The notes beneath the pieces were generated by a model. The model saw nothing but the letters and a program-made list of their open reading frames with translations, ran no database searches and was not told where the DNA came from. A program made the translations under genes and the position numbers. DNA of 64,000 bases, taken from IMG/VR virus record IMGVR_UViG_3300029786_000322; one strand, given 5' to 3'. Shown here one piece after another: positions 1 to 9,194 of this stretch. Every line of letters begins with the position of its first letter. Position 1 is the stretch's first letter. This DNA is from a virus.

Positions 1-297
1 ATGCAACAAATTACATCATATAACCAGCTGTTCACTAATATTTCAGAGCATCCAGAATATCCATACATAATCATTGATTTTCTTGTTGTAAATGATGAGA
101 AAGTAGATCTTTGGTGTTCGCAGCGTACTTCATCATTATTGAAGATTGGAGAACCAAAGCATCGGCTATTGAGAGGAAAAGTAGCTTATGATACCCCGGA
201 AATGAAAAGAATAGGCAGAGAGATAAAGAGAAAACTGCAGAAAGATTTGCGTGGTACTGGTTTTGAAGTGCATAGCAATCTGCGTTTTAGGTTCTGA
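1..297 (+). CDS. hypothetical protein, 3' portion of a gene that starts upstream of the window
   Basis: Open frame running from the window edge to a stop at 297. No recognisable domain. Confidence 0.35.
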   Translation: MQQITSYNQLFTNISEHPEYPYIIIDFLVVNDEKVDLWCSQRTSSLLKIGEPKHRLLRGKVAYDTPEMKRIGREIKRKLQKDLRGTGFEVHSNLRFRF

Positions 298-395
298 CAT
301 TTACAGATGGAATTAAGAAGAGTCTTCTGGCTCTTCTTTTTTTTATTGCATATTAAGGGTGTAAACAAAACATATTTGAAAGGAGAATTGAAACT

Positions 396-890
396 ATGAA
401 AGAGTACAAAGAATTTAAAGATCAGGATGAAATGTATAAAGTAATTACTTTCTGGAGTAATTGCTGCGGTGACCTGCATCACAACGGGGAATACGATGTC
501 AGCGAGGAACAGCTTCCGGAAGAATTGCAAAGGGCATACCGCGAACTGTGGGAAGAAGGCAACGGATGCCTGGAATATCTTCTTGAGTATGGCGGCAGAT
601 ATTACGTTGCGTTGTCTGCGGAATTTGATGGCGATTACGCAGATATGCTTGGTCTTTCCATGGACGAACTGTATGCGGTTGGTAAATGCAATGCACTTAA
701 ACTGTATTGCACGGATCTGTTTAAGGATACACTGCTTCTTATGGCAAAAAAGCCGCTAGATGGAGATTGCCACGAATTCATATTCCTGGTTCCGGCAATG
801 GAGTCGAAGGAAGTTTACGATGAAATCGAGAAGGAAATCAGCGAAAAAATCTGGGATGTCCCGAAGGAAGTTGTGGATAAGAGAAGATAG
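396..890 (+). CDS. hypothetical protein, acidic, 164 aa
   Basis: ATG with a GGAG RBS (gaaaggagaattgaaactATG). Clean 164-codon ORF. Confidence 0.6.
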   Translation: MKEYKEFKDQDEMYKVITFWSNCCGDLHHNGEYDVSEEQLPEELQRAYRELWEEGNGCLEYLLEYGGRYYVALSAEFDGDYADMLGLSMDELYAVGKCNALKLYCTDLFKDTLLLMAKKPLDGDCHEFIFLVPAMESKEVYDEIEKEISEKIWDVPKEVVDKRR

Positions 891-1039
891 CAACAAATCA
901 CTTAAGGGGGAATGGGAAACCGTTCCTTCTTTTTCTGCCTGCAAGCAGACGATGTATACAGTTTATTTCAAAAATTAAAATATGAGGTTTTTCAGTATAC
1001 GGTTGTAAAAATATTTTTAAAAAAACTTTCTAAATTCCT

Positions 1040-1068
1040 TTGACAATTTTCCAGATGGCGCAATATGT
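1040..1068 (+). promoter_or_regulatory. conserved promoter-like element copy 1 (TTGACA-N11-GGCGCAATATGT)
   Basis: One of 12 copies sharing the -35-like TTGACR, an 11-nt AT-rich spacer and an invariant GGCGCAATAT. Lies upstream of leader RNA copy 1 and the helicase gene. Confidence 0.65.
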
Positions 1069-1073
1069 GTATT

Positions 1074-1219
1074 GTAAAGGTCATAAACCGGGCTGCCAGG
1101 GTTACCGGCTGGCAGAAATCCTTTCGATATTTGTTTACGCTTCCGGGGAAACCCGGAAAGGAGCAGGAGGACAGCAGCACATGCTGCTTCCGGGTCCGAT
1201 TCCCGGATGCTTCTTTTAC
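1074..1219 (+). ncRNA. structured leader RNA, copy 1
   Basis: Three hairpins shared with copies at 12637 and 17663. CUGCCAG..CUGGCAG. CCGGGGAAACCCGG, which carries a GNRA loop. CCGGGUCCGAUUCCCGG, which has a tRNA T-loop-like UUCGAUU loop followed by a U-tract. A closing stem AAAGGAGC/GCUUCUUU has G-U covariation between copies. Confidence 0.55.
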
Positions 1220-1280
1220 AAGACCGCACGAAGCGGCGCAAAAACCACATAAACATGACAAAATACAGGGAGATTAAAAA

Positions 1281-3584
1281 ATGAATCAGAATAAGAAGAT
1301 AGCAGAGAAAAAATCAAGACCATACCAGCAGGAATGCATTGATAAGGTAGACAGCTTAAAAGAAGGAAGATTCCTGATTGCTCTTGCAACAGGGCTTGGG
1401 AAGACATGGATCTTCTCCCACTTTAAGAGATACGGAAGGGTACTTATTCTTTCACACAGGGATGAACTGGTCAACCAGCCGAGACGGTATTTCGACTGTA
1501 GTTTTGGCGTAGAAAAGGCAGAAAACCATTCCAATGGGGAAGAGGTAGTATCTGCGAGTGTTCAGACACTCAGCCATGACTCCCGTCTTAAGCAGTATAA
1601 GCCGGACGATTTCCACACGATCATCATTGATGAGGCGCACCACGCTGCCGCACCATCCTATAAGAAGATCTTAAATTATTTTTCCGGCGCTAAGCGTGTA
1701 ATCGGTGTCACGGCAACTCCGAAGCGTGGCGACAACGTCCGGTTAGATGACGTTTTTAACGAGATTATTTATGCAAAGGATCTTCGTTGGGGGATTAAAA
1801 ATAAATATTTAAGTCCGGTGCACTGCCGGGAGGTCCGTGCAAAATATTCCCTGAAAGGCGTAAAAAAATCTATGGGGGATTTTAATGTATCCGATTTGGA
1901 CGGTTGTATTACGGAAGAAGCTGTAATAAGTGTTGCAAAAGTTCTTACAGACTGTCTCCAGGAGAATCGGCATATTCTTATTTATTGTACTACTGTCAGA
2001 ACCTGTAATTTCCTGAAGGCAGTAGTTGACAAACTGCTCCCGGAAAAAGAACGTGGCAGTGTTGCTGTTTTATCAGGGAAAACACAGGAAGAAGATAGAA
2101 AAAATATGCTTGATGGTTTTATGAACGGGAGTGTCCGCGCCATTATTAACTGCATGGTTTTAACAGAAGGTACAGATCTTCCTATTGCGGATACCATTAT
2201 CAACTTCCGGCCGACGTGCAACGCGTCTTTGTATCAGCAGATCATCGGAAGAGGAACCCGGCTCTATGAAGGTAAGGAAAACTGTTTATGCATTGATATT
2301 CTTCCAGATGATGGCAGCGGGACAAGAAATCTGTGTACAGCTCTTACTCTTTTTGGTATAGATGCAAAACTTCTTGGAAAGAAACAGTCTCGAATGCTTG
2401 AAGGTGAGATTGATCCGCTTGAGATTAGCGATGAAATTGCAGGACGATTTGCAGAACTTACAAAGGCGTATGAATATCGGTTGGAGCAGGTTAATCGCTT
2501 TGTGCAGGAGCAGGAAGAAATTATATCTTCTGCGCGGAAGAAACCACATGCAGATTTAAGCGACCTTGCGCATGCAGTAGATAAATATAATTCAAAGAAA
2601 ATGGATGAATTCCAAAATGATTATGATTTTCTTGGAATGGATTACTCACTTATGCCGGATACGGAACATCGTTATTGTATCAAACCTACATGGAATGACC
2701 ATATTTACCTTGCTGATCCAGATGTTATGGGTAATACAACAGTTACGTTTGATCTTACTGCCAGTGTCGGGAAATATTATATCGGTGAAATGAAAATGCA
2801 GGATGCAATTTCATTTGTTCATGATTTTTGTATGGTATCTCCAGATTATATGAAATATTCCTGGAACGTGGCATTACAAGATGAATGGGGGAAAATAAAA
2901 GCAACTGAAAATCAAATTGGACGTCTTATGAATGAGTATGACGGGTTTCACAAAGGAAATATTAACAAACTTCAAGCATCCAGACTGATTGATCTTGCCT
3001 CTCGTATTTCGAAGATGAAGGCAGAGGGGAAAATGATGCTTATTACACCAAGAATGCAGGAAAAAACAATTGATAAAAAAAAGAAAATGTTTAAGGAAAT
3101 ACTCGAAAAGGAACTGAGGGCAAAAGAGCAGGGGCGTAGTGAGTTTGGAGAATTCCAGTCGAAAATCTTTGCTTTGGCAGAAAAAAAGAAAAAAGACGAA
3201 GAGAAATTAAAGAACCAAAAGCCTTTGGAAGAAGAAATGCTCGAAAATGGGGCGATTACAGTTAATATTGCTGTTTTTAGTTCAAAAAAAACAGCAAGCG
3301 ATGCGCAGATAAAATTTCTTGGTAATTTAAAAGATAAATTAAAAAACAGAGGAGTGGCTGTCGATAAAAAAATTCCTTATATAGGAATGGGAGCAGAAGA
3401 GGCAAGTGTATATATTACTATATTAAAAACGCTTGTAGATCGTAACGTAGACCTTATAAAATATGGTAAAAAAATTTATTTTAATCCAAATACAATCATG
3501 AGTGTTGTATTAAAACTAAAGGACACTTCATCCAGAGAAATTAAATGTTGTATCCCGTTCGAAAAAATAGAAGAATTGAGATAA
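1281..3584 (+). CDS. superfamily-2 DEAD/DEAH-box helicase (type III restriction res-like ATPase core) with a long Lys-rich C-terminal extension
   Basis: Walker A ATGLGKT, DEAH box IIIDEAHH, motif III VTATP, motif VI QQIIGRGTR. RBS AGGGAG precedes the ATG. Confidence 0.85.
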   Translation: MNQNKKIAEKKSRPYQQECIDKVDSLKEGRFLIALATGLGKTWIFSHFKRYGRVLILSHRDELVNQPRRYFDCSFGVEKAENHSNGEEVVSASVQTLSHDSRLKQYKPDDFHTIIIDEAHHAAAPSYKKILNYFSGAKRVIGVTATPKRGDNVRLDDVFNEIIYAKDLRWGIKNKYLSPVHCREVRAKYSLKGVKKSMGDFNVSDLDGCITEEAVISVAKVLTDCLQENRHILIYCTTVRTCNFLKAVVDKLLPEKERGSVAVLSGKTQEEDRKNMLDGFMNGSVRAIINCMVLTEGTDLPIADTIINFRPTCNASLYQQIIGRGTRLYEGKENCLCIDILPDDGSGTRNLCTALTLFGIDAKLLGKKQSRMLEGEIDPLEISDEIAGRFAELTKAYEYRLEQVNRFVQEQEEIISSARKKPHADLSDLAHAVDKYNSKKMDEFQNDYDFLGMDYSLMPDTEHRYCIKPTWNDHIYLADPDVMGNTTVTFDLTASVGKYYIGEMKMQDAISFVHDFCMVSPDYMKYSWNVALQDEWGKIKATENQIGRLMNEYDGFHKGNINKLQASRLIDLASRISKMKAEGKMMLITPRMQEKTIDKKKKMFKEILEKELRAKEQGRSEFGEFQSKIFALAEKKKKDEEKLKNQKPLEEEMLENGAITVNIAVFSSKKTASDAQIKFLGNLKDKLKNRGVAVDKKIPYIGMGAEEASVYITILKTLVDRNVDLIKYGKKIYFNPNTIMSVVLKLKDTSSREIKCCIPFEKIEELR

Positions 3585-3653
3585 TAATATTATATTAAAA
3601 TAAAAGTTTGTTACTATGTATAAAAATAAATACAATATTCTTTTAAAATTTTT

Positions 3654-3680
3654 TTGACGTTTGTTTAAATGGCGCAATAT
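3654..3680 (+). promoter_or_regulatory. conserved promoter-like element copy 2
   Basis: TTGACG-N11-GGCGCAATAT, directly upstream of the conserved 55-nt element and mini-array A. Confidence 0.6.
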
Positions 3681-3702
3681 TCATAACGAAGGAAGTAAAC
3701 AG

Positions 3703-3757
3703 TTAAAAATAATCCCACGGGGATAGAGGTTAGTGAATAGCTTTAAGCCACTGTTAT
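3703..3757 (+). ncRNA. conserved 55-nt structured element (leader of mini-array A). A near-identical copy follows the tnpB stop codon at 59021-59073
   Basis: TTAAAAATAATCCCACGGGGATAGAGGTTAGTGAATAGCTTTAAGCCACT versus TTAAAAGTAATCCCACTGGGATAGGGCTTTGTGAATAGCCTTAAGCCACT. Two hairpins, the second with compensatory changes (GGTT/AGCT versus GGCT/AGCC). Confidence 0.5.
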
Positions 3758-3758
3758 A

Positions 3759-3992
3759 GTTGCACCACGCAAGGGTGCAGGGGTGAAATATTATACTGAA
3801 TCGTCGCTGCCTGCATAGATATAGTTGCATCCCTTATGGGATGTATGGGTTGAAATTCAATAGAAACAGATGCATTCGGAGGTGTTACAAGTTGCACCCC
3901 CGCAAGGGGTGCATGGGTTGAAAATAAGAAATGGTAGGAAGGAATTCAGATATGAACATTAGTTGCATCCCGCAAGGGTGCAGGGGTGAAGT
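3759..3992 (+). CRISPR. mini CRISPR array A: 4 type I-C-like repeats, 3 spacers of 33-35 nt
   Basis: Repeats at 3759-3789, 3824-3856, 3891-3925 and 3962-3992. They keep GTTGC...(G/T)GGTTGAAAT ends, but each has a different palindromic stem. Spacer 2 recurs in array D. Confidence 0.7.
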
Positions 3993-4151
3993 AAAAGGAT
4001 GTTGCCAGATATGTCAACCAAACTCGACTATTGAATAAATAACCGAGCATGATTCCTTCGGAACTGCTGAATCATGTAGTCTGACTGGTGAAGCGATGGT
4101 ATACATATTTGAACAAATTAAACAAAAATACAGAATCAGAGGGAAAATAAT

Positions 4152-4799
4152 ATGTCAAAAACAAAAGGACTATCAAAGAAGAAAAAATTACTAAAAACGC
4201 TCATACATAAATACCTTCCATTGCAGGTACTACTTACTGTCTTTTTGTATGCAGTAATTGTATTTATTAACATTCCAATTAATAAATGGCTTACTCTCAA
4301 CTGTCAGAAATGGTCAAGTGGGGAATATCATTTTTATGATGCATTTTTTATTCTTCCATTTGCTGAACTGTTAATTTTTGCCATTATGTCTGCCGTTATT
4401 TGCGCTGTTTATTATTTTGTCAGTGGAATAATCGCATATAGGAATTACTGTTACATTCCACTTACAGAAGATGAAATCAAGAAAAAAGGATTTAAAAATG
4501 CAGATGAGTATTTTGCTTATGTGTGCAACATGTGTTCTTATGGTTTTAAAAATAATAAAGACTACATTCTTGTTGGTGATGAAGACCTCCAAAAAATGTT
4601 AACTACCTGTCTGCAGGTATTTCCTGATAATGGGACAATTTTTGGAATAAACCGCCATATGGTACGAAATATCATATGGGATCCTGATTTTCTTTCCGCA
4701 CTTGCACTAGCCAGTGACCAAAGGGCGGAAATCATCAATGGACGTGTTGTATTGTCTGGCACCACAAAAGATGGTGACAGAAAAGAATATAAGATATAA
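4152..4799 (+). CDS. membrane protein with two N-terminal TM helices, array-linked paralog family (copy 1)
   Basis: RBS GAGGGAAAATAATATG. Paralog of 25498-26145 with shared blocks INIPINKWLT and AYRNYCYIPLTEDEIK. Sits directly downstream of array A. Confidence 0.7.
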   Translation: MSKTKGLSKKKKLLKTLIHKYLPLQVLLTVFLYAVIVFINIPINKWLTLNCQKWSSGEYHFYDAFFILPFAELLIFAIMSAVICAVYYFVSGIIAYRNYCYIPLTEDEIKKKGFKNADEYFAYVCNMCSYGFKNNKDYILVGDEDLQKMLTTCLQVFPDNGTIFGINRHMVRNIIWDPDFLSALALASDQRAEIINGRVVLSGTTKDGDRKEYKI

Positions 4800-4815
4800 A
4801 GCAAGGAGATATAAT

Positions 4816-5034
4816 ATGTCAAAGAAAGCATCAGAAACACCGGAGGTGCCATCATATATCCCTCCGGCAAGTGAAAAGGAAAAGATTATAGAAAAGATCC
4901 GAAAAAAAGGAATTGAATGCAAACCGGATGGTACCGGGATTCCAATATTCTACACAAATGACCCGAAAGTAATGGATATGATCCGAAAAGAGATCAATGA
5001 ACGATTTTCGTTCGGGTTTCATATTCGTCCATAG
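4816..5034 (+). CDS. hypothetical small protein, 72 aa
   Basis: AAGGAG RBS 7 nt upstream of the ATG. In frame with track ORF 4714-5034. Confidence 0.5.
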   Translation: MSKKASETPEVPSYIPPASEKEKIIEKIRKKGIECKPDGTGIPIFYTNDPKVMDMIRKEINERFSFGFHIRP

Positions 5035-5073
5035 GGAAAATAATAGAAAATAAGATTATAGGAGAAATAGTAC

Positions 5074-5406
5074 ATGTCAAAGAAAAAAATATCAAAAAAG
5101 AAAAATGTATTAAAGGTGTTATGGAATGAGTGTATAACATTCAAGGTGTTAATTTTTATCATAGCATATGTAGTGCTTGCGTTTATTAATATGCCATTTG
5201 AAAAATGGCTCTCACTTTATTTCGAATGGGAAAAATTAAAGGATTATCAAGAAGTATTCATGGAGGAGATAACATTATTAGTAATTCTCCCTCTCATGGA
5301 GATAGCTGCTGTTGCATTAATTTGTTTTATTATCTATGAGTTTTTTTGCTCTGTCAGTAAGATGATTGCATCTGATGAAGTAATTTCGATTGAAAAGGAA
5401 GAATGA
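5074..5406 (+). CDS. truncated paralog of the array-linked membrane protein (N-terminal TM part only)
   Basis: MSKKKISKKKNVLKVLWNEC matches the N-terminus of 25498-26145. RBS ATAGGAGAAATAGTACATG. Confidence 0.55.
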   Translation: MSKKKISKKKNVLKVLWNECITFKVLIFIIAYVVLAFINMPFEKWLSLYFEWEKLKDYQEVFMEEITLLVILPLMEIAAVALICFIIYEFFCSVSKMIASDEVISIEKEE

Positions 5407-5474
5407 TACGAAAAGAACACCGCTATTAGGTCAGAAATAAATAGCAGAGGTTTGCAGATATAAGGAGGATCGGA

Positions 5475-5645
5475 ATGTGTACTTTAAAGGATAAGTTAGT
5501 GGAATGTGGAGCATGTGTAGCAGCTGTAATTCTTGTGTTGGCAGTTTGTTATGGACTAAGTTGGATTGTAACATGTGGAGTTATTAAGCTGATTACGATG
5601 TGTTTTGGATTAACATTTAAGTGGTCCATTGCAACCGGTAAATGA
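5475..5645 (+). CDS. small Cys-rich membrane peptide, 56 aa
   Basis: Strong RBS TAAGGAGGATCGGAATG. Hydrophobic core AAVILVLAVCYGLSWIV. Confidence 0.4.
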   Translation: MCTLKDKLVECGACVAAVILVLAVCYGLSWIVTCGVIKLITMCFGLTFKWSIATGK

Positions 5646-5901
5646 GCTATGACAATATTAAATTTTATCATTGAGTGTTGGAAGAATTCTTGCGACGAAA
5701 AAATCAAAAGGAATTATGTTGAATCCCTTGCTAAAGTGGCGGTTTCAGTGGCCATCATTATTATATCTGTTTTATTATATTTGCACATATGAAATGTATA
5801 ACGGAAATGTATATTTTGGGGGAGGAGGGGTAAGTACAAACATAATTTTTAAAAAAGTAGCGCAAAGAAAGAATTCACTAATGCAGAAGGGGCGTAACAA
5901 T

Positions 5902-7725
5902 ATGATCAACGGAGAATTAGTTGTAGATAATTTTGCGGGCGGAGGAGGAGCTTCCACAGGAATTGAACTTGCTACCGGATACAGCGTAGACATAGCTATT
6001 AACCATGATCCGGAGGCCATTAAGATGCATAAAGTAAATCATCCCAATACAAAACACTATTGTGAAAACGTATGGGAGGTTGATCCAGTAAAAGCCTGCA
6101 AGGGGCACCCTGTCGGTCTTGCATGGTTTTCTCCGGACTGTAAGCATTTTTCCAAGGCCAAGGGGGGAAAACCGGTAGAAAAGAATATTCGCGGTCTTGC
6201 GTGGGTTGTGCTTAAATGGGCGGCACTTGTCAGACCAAGAGTTATCATGCTTGAAAATGTGGAAGAATTTCAGACATGGGGACCATGTATTCCTATCAGG
6301 GATAAAGATACAGGACGCGTTATTGTCAGCATGGTAGGAAGGCATGACAGAGAGAAGAACGAGCCGCGTACGAGGGTTGCAGATCCAGGAGAAGTTGTTC
6401 CTGTGGATCGCCAGATATTCCAACCAGATCCTAAAAGGAGCGGCCAGACATACAAAAAATGGAGAAAGCAGCTAGAAGCACTTGGATATGAGATAGATAC
6501 AAAGGAACTTGTAGCAGCTGATTATGGCGCACCTACTATGAGAAAGAGATTCTTTATGATTGCACGGTGTGATGGCAAGCCGATTGTCTGGCCGGAACCA
6601 ACACATGGACCGGCAGATAGTGAAGAGGTAAAGGCAGGACTGTTAAAACCATACGTTGGAGCGTATACGCAATTGGATTTTTCTCTTCCTTGCCCGAGCA
6701 TATTTGATACGGCAGAGGAAATCAAAAGGAAATATGGAATACGCGCTGTACGTCCATTGGCGCAGAAAACAATGGATCGAATCGCAAGAGGATTGAAAAA
6801 GTTCGTATTAGACAATCCGGAGCCGTTTATTATCCAATGCAATCATGGTGGAGAGCGTAGACAAAACGACATCAAAGAGCCTTTACCTACTATTACTGGA
6901 AAACACGGATATGGAATTGTGGAACCTAAGATTGTTCCATATATGGGAACCAATACAACAAATCATCCAGGTGGAAATTGTAAAAATCCTATACATACAA
7001 TTACAACAGGAAATCAACAGTGCCTTATCAGCCCAACGCTGATTCAGTATCATTCCGAAACATCGAAGGATGAAGTCAGAGGCCAATCGATTGAAGATCC
7101 GATAATGACCGTGGATGGTTCGAACCGATACGGATTGGTCACGTCGTTTCTACATAAATATTATGACGGAGGATACACTGGAGCTGGTGATACTGTCGAA
7201 AATCCGTTACCGACAGTAACATCCTGGGATCATAACAGTCTGTGTGCAGTTAATCTGATCCAAATGAATAATCATTGCGATGGAAGGGACGTGAAGGAGC
7301 CAATTCCAACAATCACAGCAGGCGATGGTCATTTCGGAGAGGTTAGAGCATTTCTGATCAAGTATTATGGTCAGGGAACTGGACAGGATGTTAAGGAACC
7401 TTTGGATACGGTTACATCAAGAGATCGATTTGGTTTAGTTACAATTAATGGTACCGACTATAAGATCGTGGATATCGGATTGAGGATGCTTGAACCGAAA
7501 GAACTGTATGGATGCCAGGGATTTCCAGATGATTACATCATAGACCGCGATTACACAGGGAAAAAATACCCAAGAAGCGAGCAGGTACGCAGGTGTGGAA
7601 ATGCTGTATGTCCTCCGATTCCGGCTGCTCTTGTAAAAGCAAATCTTCCGGAATTATGCGTAGCGAAACGCACTGGGAATATGAAAATTCGTGAGGAACA
7701 GACCGGGCAGCTTAGATTTGCATAA
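5902..7725 (+). CDS. DNA (cytosine-5)-methyltransferase, probably multispecific (five tandem target-recognition-like repeats)
   Basis: Motif I FAGGGGAS, PC motif SPDCKHFS, ENV motif MLENVEEF, motif VIII-like QTW. Five repeated blocks KEPLPTITG / EDPIMTVDG / ENPLPTVTS / KEPIPTITAG / KEPLDTVTS. The start is placed at MINGEL, which has an AAGGGG RBS. The track ORF extends to 5671, but the N-terminal extension looks non-coding. Confidence 0.8.
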   Translation: MINGELVVDNFAGGGGASTGIELATGYSVDIAINHDPEAIKMHKVNHPNTKHYCENVWEVDPVKACKGHPVGLAWFSPDCKHFSKAKGGKPVEKNIRGLAWVVLKWAALVRPRVIMLENVEEFQTWGPCIPIRDKDTGRVIVSMVGRHDREKNEPRTRVADPGEVVPVDRQIFQPDPKRSGQTYKKWRKQLEALGYEIDTKELVAADYGAPTMRKRFFMIARCDGKPIVWPEPTHGPADSEEVKAGLLKPYVGAYTQLDFSLPCPSIFDTAEEIKRKYGIRAVRPLAQKTMDRIARGLKKFVLDNPEPFIIQCNHGGERRQNDIKEPLPTITGKHGYGIVEPKIVPYMGTNTTNHPGGNCKNPIHTITTGNQQCLISPTLIQYHSETSKDEVRGQSIEDPIMTVDGSNRYGLVTSFLHKYYDGGYTGAGDTVENPLPTVTSWDHNSLCAVNLIQMNNHCDGRDVKEPIPTITAGDGHFGEVRAFLIKYYGQGTGQDVKEPLDTVTSRDRFGLVTINGTDYKIVDIGLRMLEPKELYGCQGFPDDYIIDRDYTGKKYPRSEQVRRCGNAVCPPIPAALVKANLPELCVAKRTGNMKIREEQTGQLRFA

Positions 7726-7865
7726 ATTGCATAAATTGCTATACTGTAAAAAGAAAATGTAAATATTGCTATCATTTGTATTTTTATAGACGTTCATATG
7801 CGCAATACATAATTCTTTTTGAAAAAGTAATGAGATGGTAACAAAGAAAAAAGGAGAGTGAAAGA

Positions 7866-8324
7866 GTGGTTCAAAATTTTGAGGCGTATGGAGTTGAAAT
7901 TACGGTAGAGAAACCAATTGCTGTATGCGTAGCGTGCTCATTTTGTGTAAACATAGATATGGCGGTGGATAAAAATGTTACTCATTTTTGTGAAATTCTT
8001 GGGAAAGAAATGACTAATCAAGAAGCTGATAATAAACCTTGTTCAGAATGTCCAATTACATATAGAAATAAAGAGTCTTTAAATGAAAAGAAGGAGAAAG
8101 GAAAAATGTTGATAATAAGTATTGTAATTTTATTTATGGGACTTGTATACATGGGGGCTATTGGAGTTGAAACTTTTTCACGCTCATTAATTTTTATTAT
8201 GATTTCCATCGTTGAGCTTTTTCTTATCGTGTATGCGGACCGAAAAGATTTTGAAGAAAAAAGAAAACGTGATCATTCCATAACTCAATATGATCCGGAT
8301 GAAGAAACAATAGAAGAGGATTAA
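7866..8324 (+). CDS. hypothetical Cys-rich protein with a C-terminal TM segment (GTG start)
   Basis: AAGGAGAGTGAAAGAGTG RBS. CxxC...CxxC pairs, then a hydrophobic stretch LIISIVILFMGLVYMGAIGV. Confidence 0.45.
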   Translation: MVQNFEAYGVEITVEKPIAVCVACSFCVNIDMAVDKNVTHFCEILGKEMTNQEADNKPCSECPITYRNKESLNEKKEKGKMLIISIVILFMGLVYMGAIGVETFSRSLIFIMISIVELFLIVYADRKDFEEKRKRDHSITQYDPDEETIEED

Positions 8325-8512
8325 AAAATGGGGGATGAAATTTGCTATTTGCATGCTTCAGAATAGGAAATTAAAAGGATAATGGAGAATAGAAATGGGA
8401 GTTTTTCAAACAAAAGTATACAAGGAATGTTATCCATTTTCGAGAGAGGTTTTGTACAATACAGAAAAACGGAAATTAATAATTCATTTACTAGAAAGGT
8501 GGTGATATAATT

Positions 8513-8782
8513 ATGCATGAAATAGAAAACAAAATTTTAGAAGAATTGCTTGTTGCACCTTTGTGCATTGTTCAAGACCGGTATGGTGGATGTTATTCTG
8601 GAGCAGAATATCTGGCATTTAATATGGAACCGTATTTAGTAACAGAATTGGACGTAGATGCAGGTGATATGAGCTGTCGCGATTTTTGGGAATACGAAGC
8701 GAAAGAGTATATTATTGGAAAAGGAAATACTCCGTTAGAAGCACTATGCGATTTACAAATTAAATTAACTTCAAAGAAGTGA
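8513..8782 (+). CDS. hypothetical protein, 89 aa
   Basis: RBS AAAGGTGGTGATATAATTATG. Confidence 0.5.
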   Translation: MHEIENKILEELLVAPLCIVQDRYGGCYSGAEYLAFNMEPYLVTELDVDAGDMSCRDFWEYEAKEYIIGKGNTPLEALCDLQIKLTSKK

Positions 8783-8976
8783 TTGTGGCAGAAAGAACGG
8801 GTATAAAATGAAAAAGATTCCATGGCTTGTCTTATCTATCAATAACAGCAGAGTACCACTTCCATATGATGCTCCGCATGGGAGTGGTAGTTCATAAAAA
8901 AGCTTCCATCAATGCTTTTGAAAAGCTATAATTATAACGTGTTATGGTCAAGCTTATAATAAGGAGATGAATAAAT

Positions 8977-9192
8977 ATGTACGGTATATCAAGGAAAATC
9001 CATGAGAGATTCATAAATAGAAAGTCAAAGAAACACGATGAAAAATATACAGTCCCATTTCCTACGGACATTCCAAACCCAAATATCGTGGTTTTCGGTA
9101 CTCATGGGAGTGGTAAATGTCGGATGCCTCTTCGCGTTAATGCTCAAATAAAAGAACTGACTACATATGATGGACTGACAGAAAGGAGATAA
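8977..9192 (+). CDS. hypothetical protein, 71 aa
   Basis: RBS ATAAGGAGATGAATAAATATG. Confidence 0.5.
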   Translation: MYGISRKIHERFINRKSKKHDEKYTVPFPTDIPNPNIVVFGTHGSGKCRMPLRVNAQIKELTTYDGLTERR

Positions 9193-9194
9193 AT

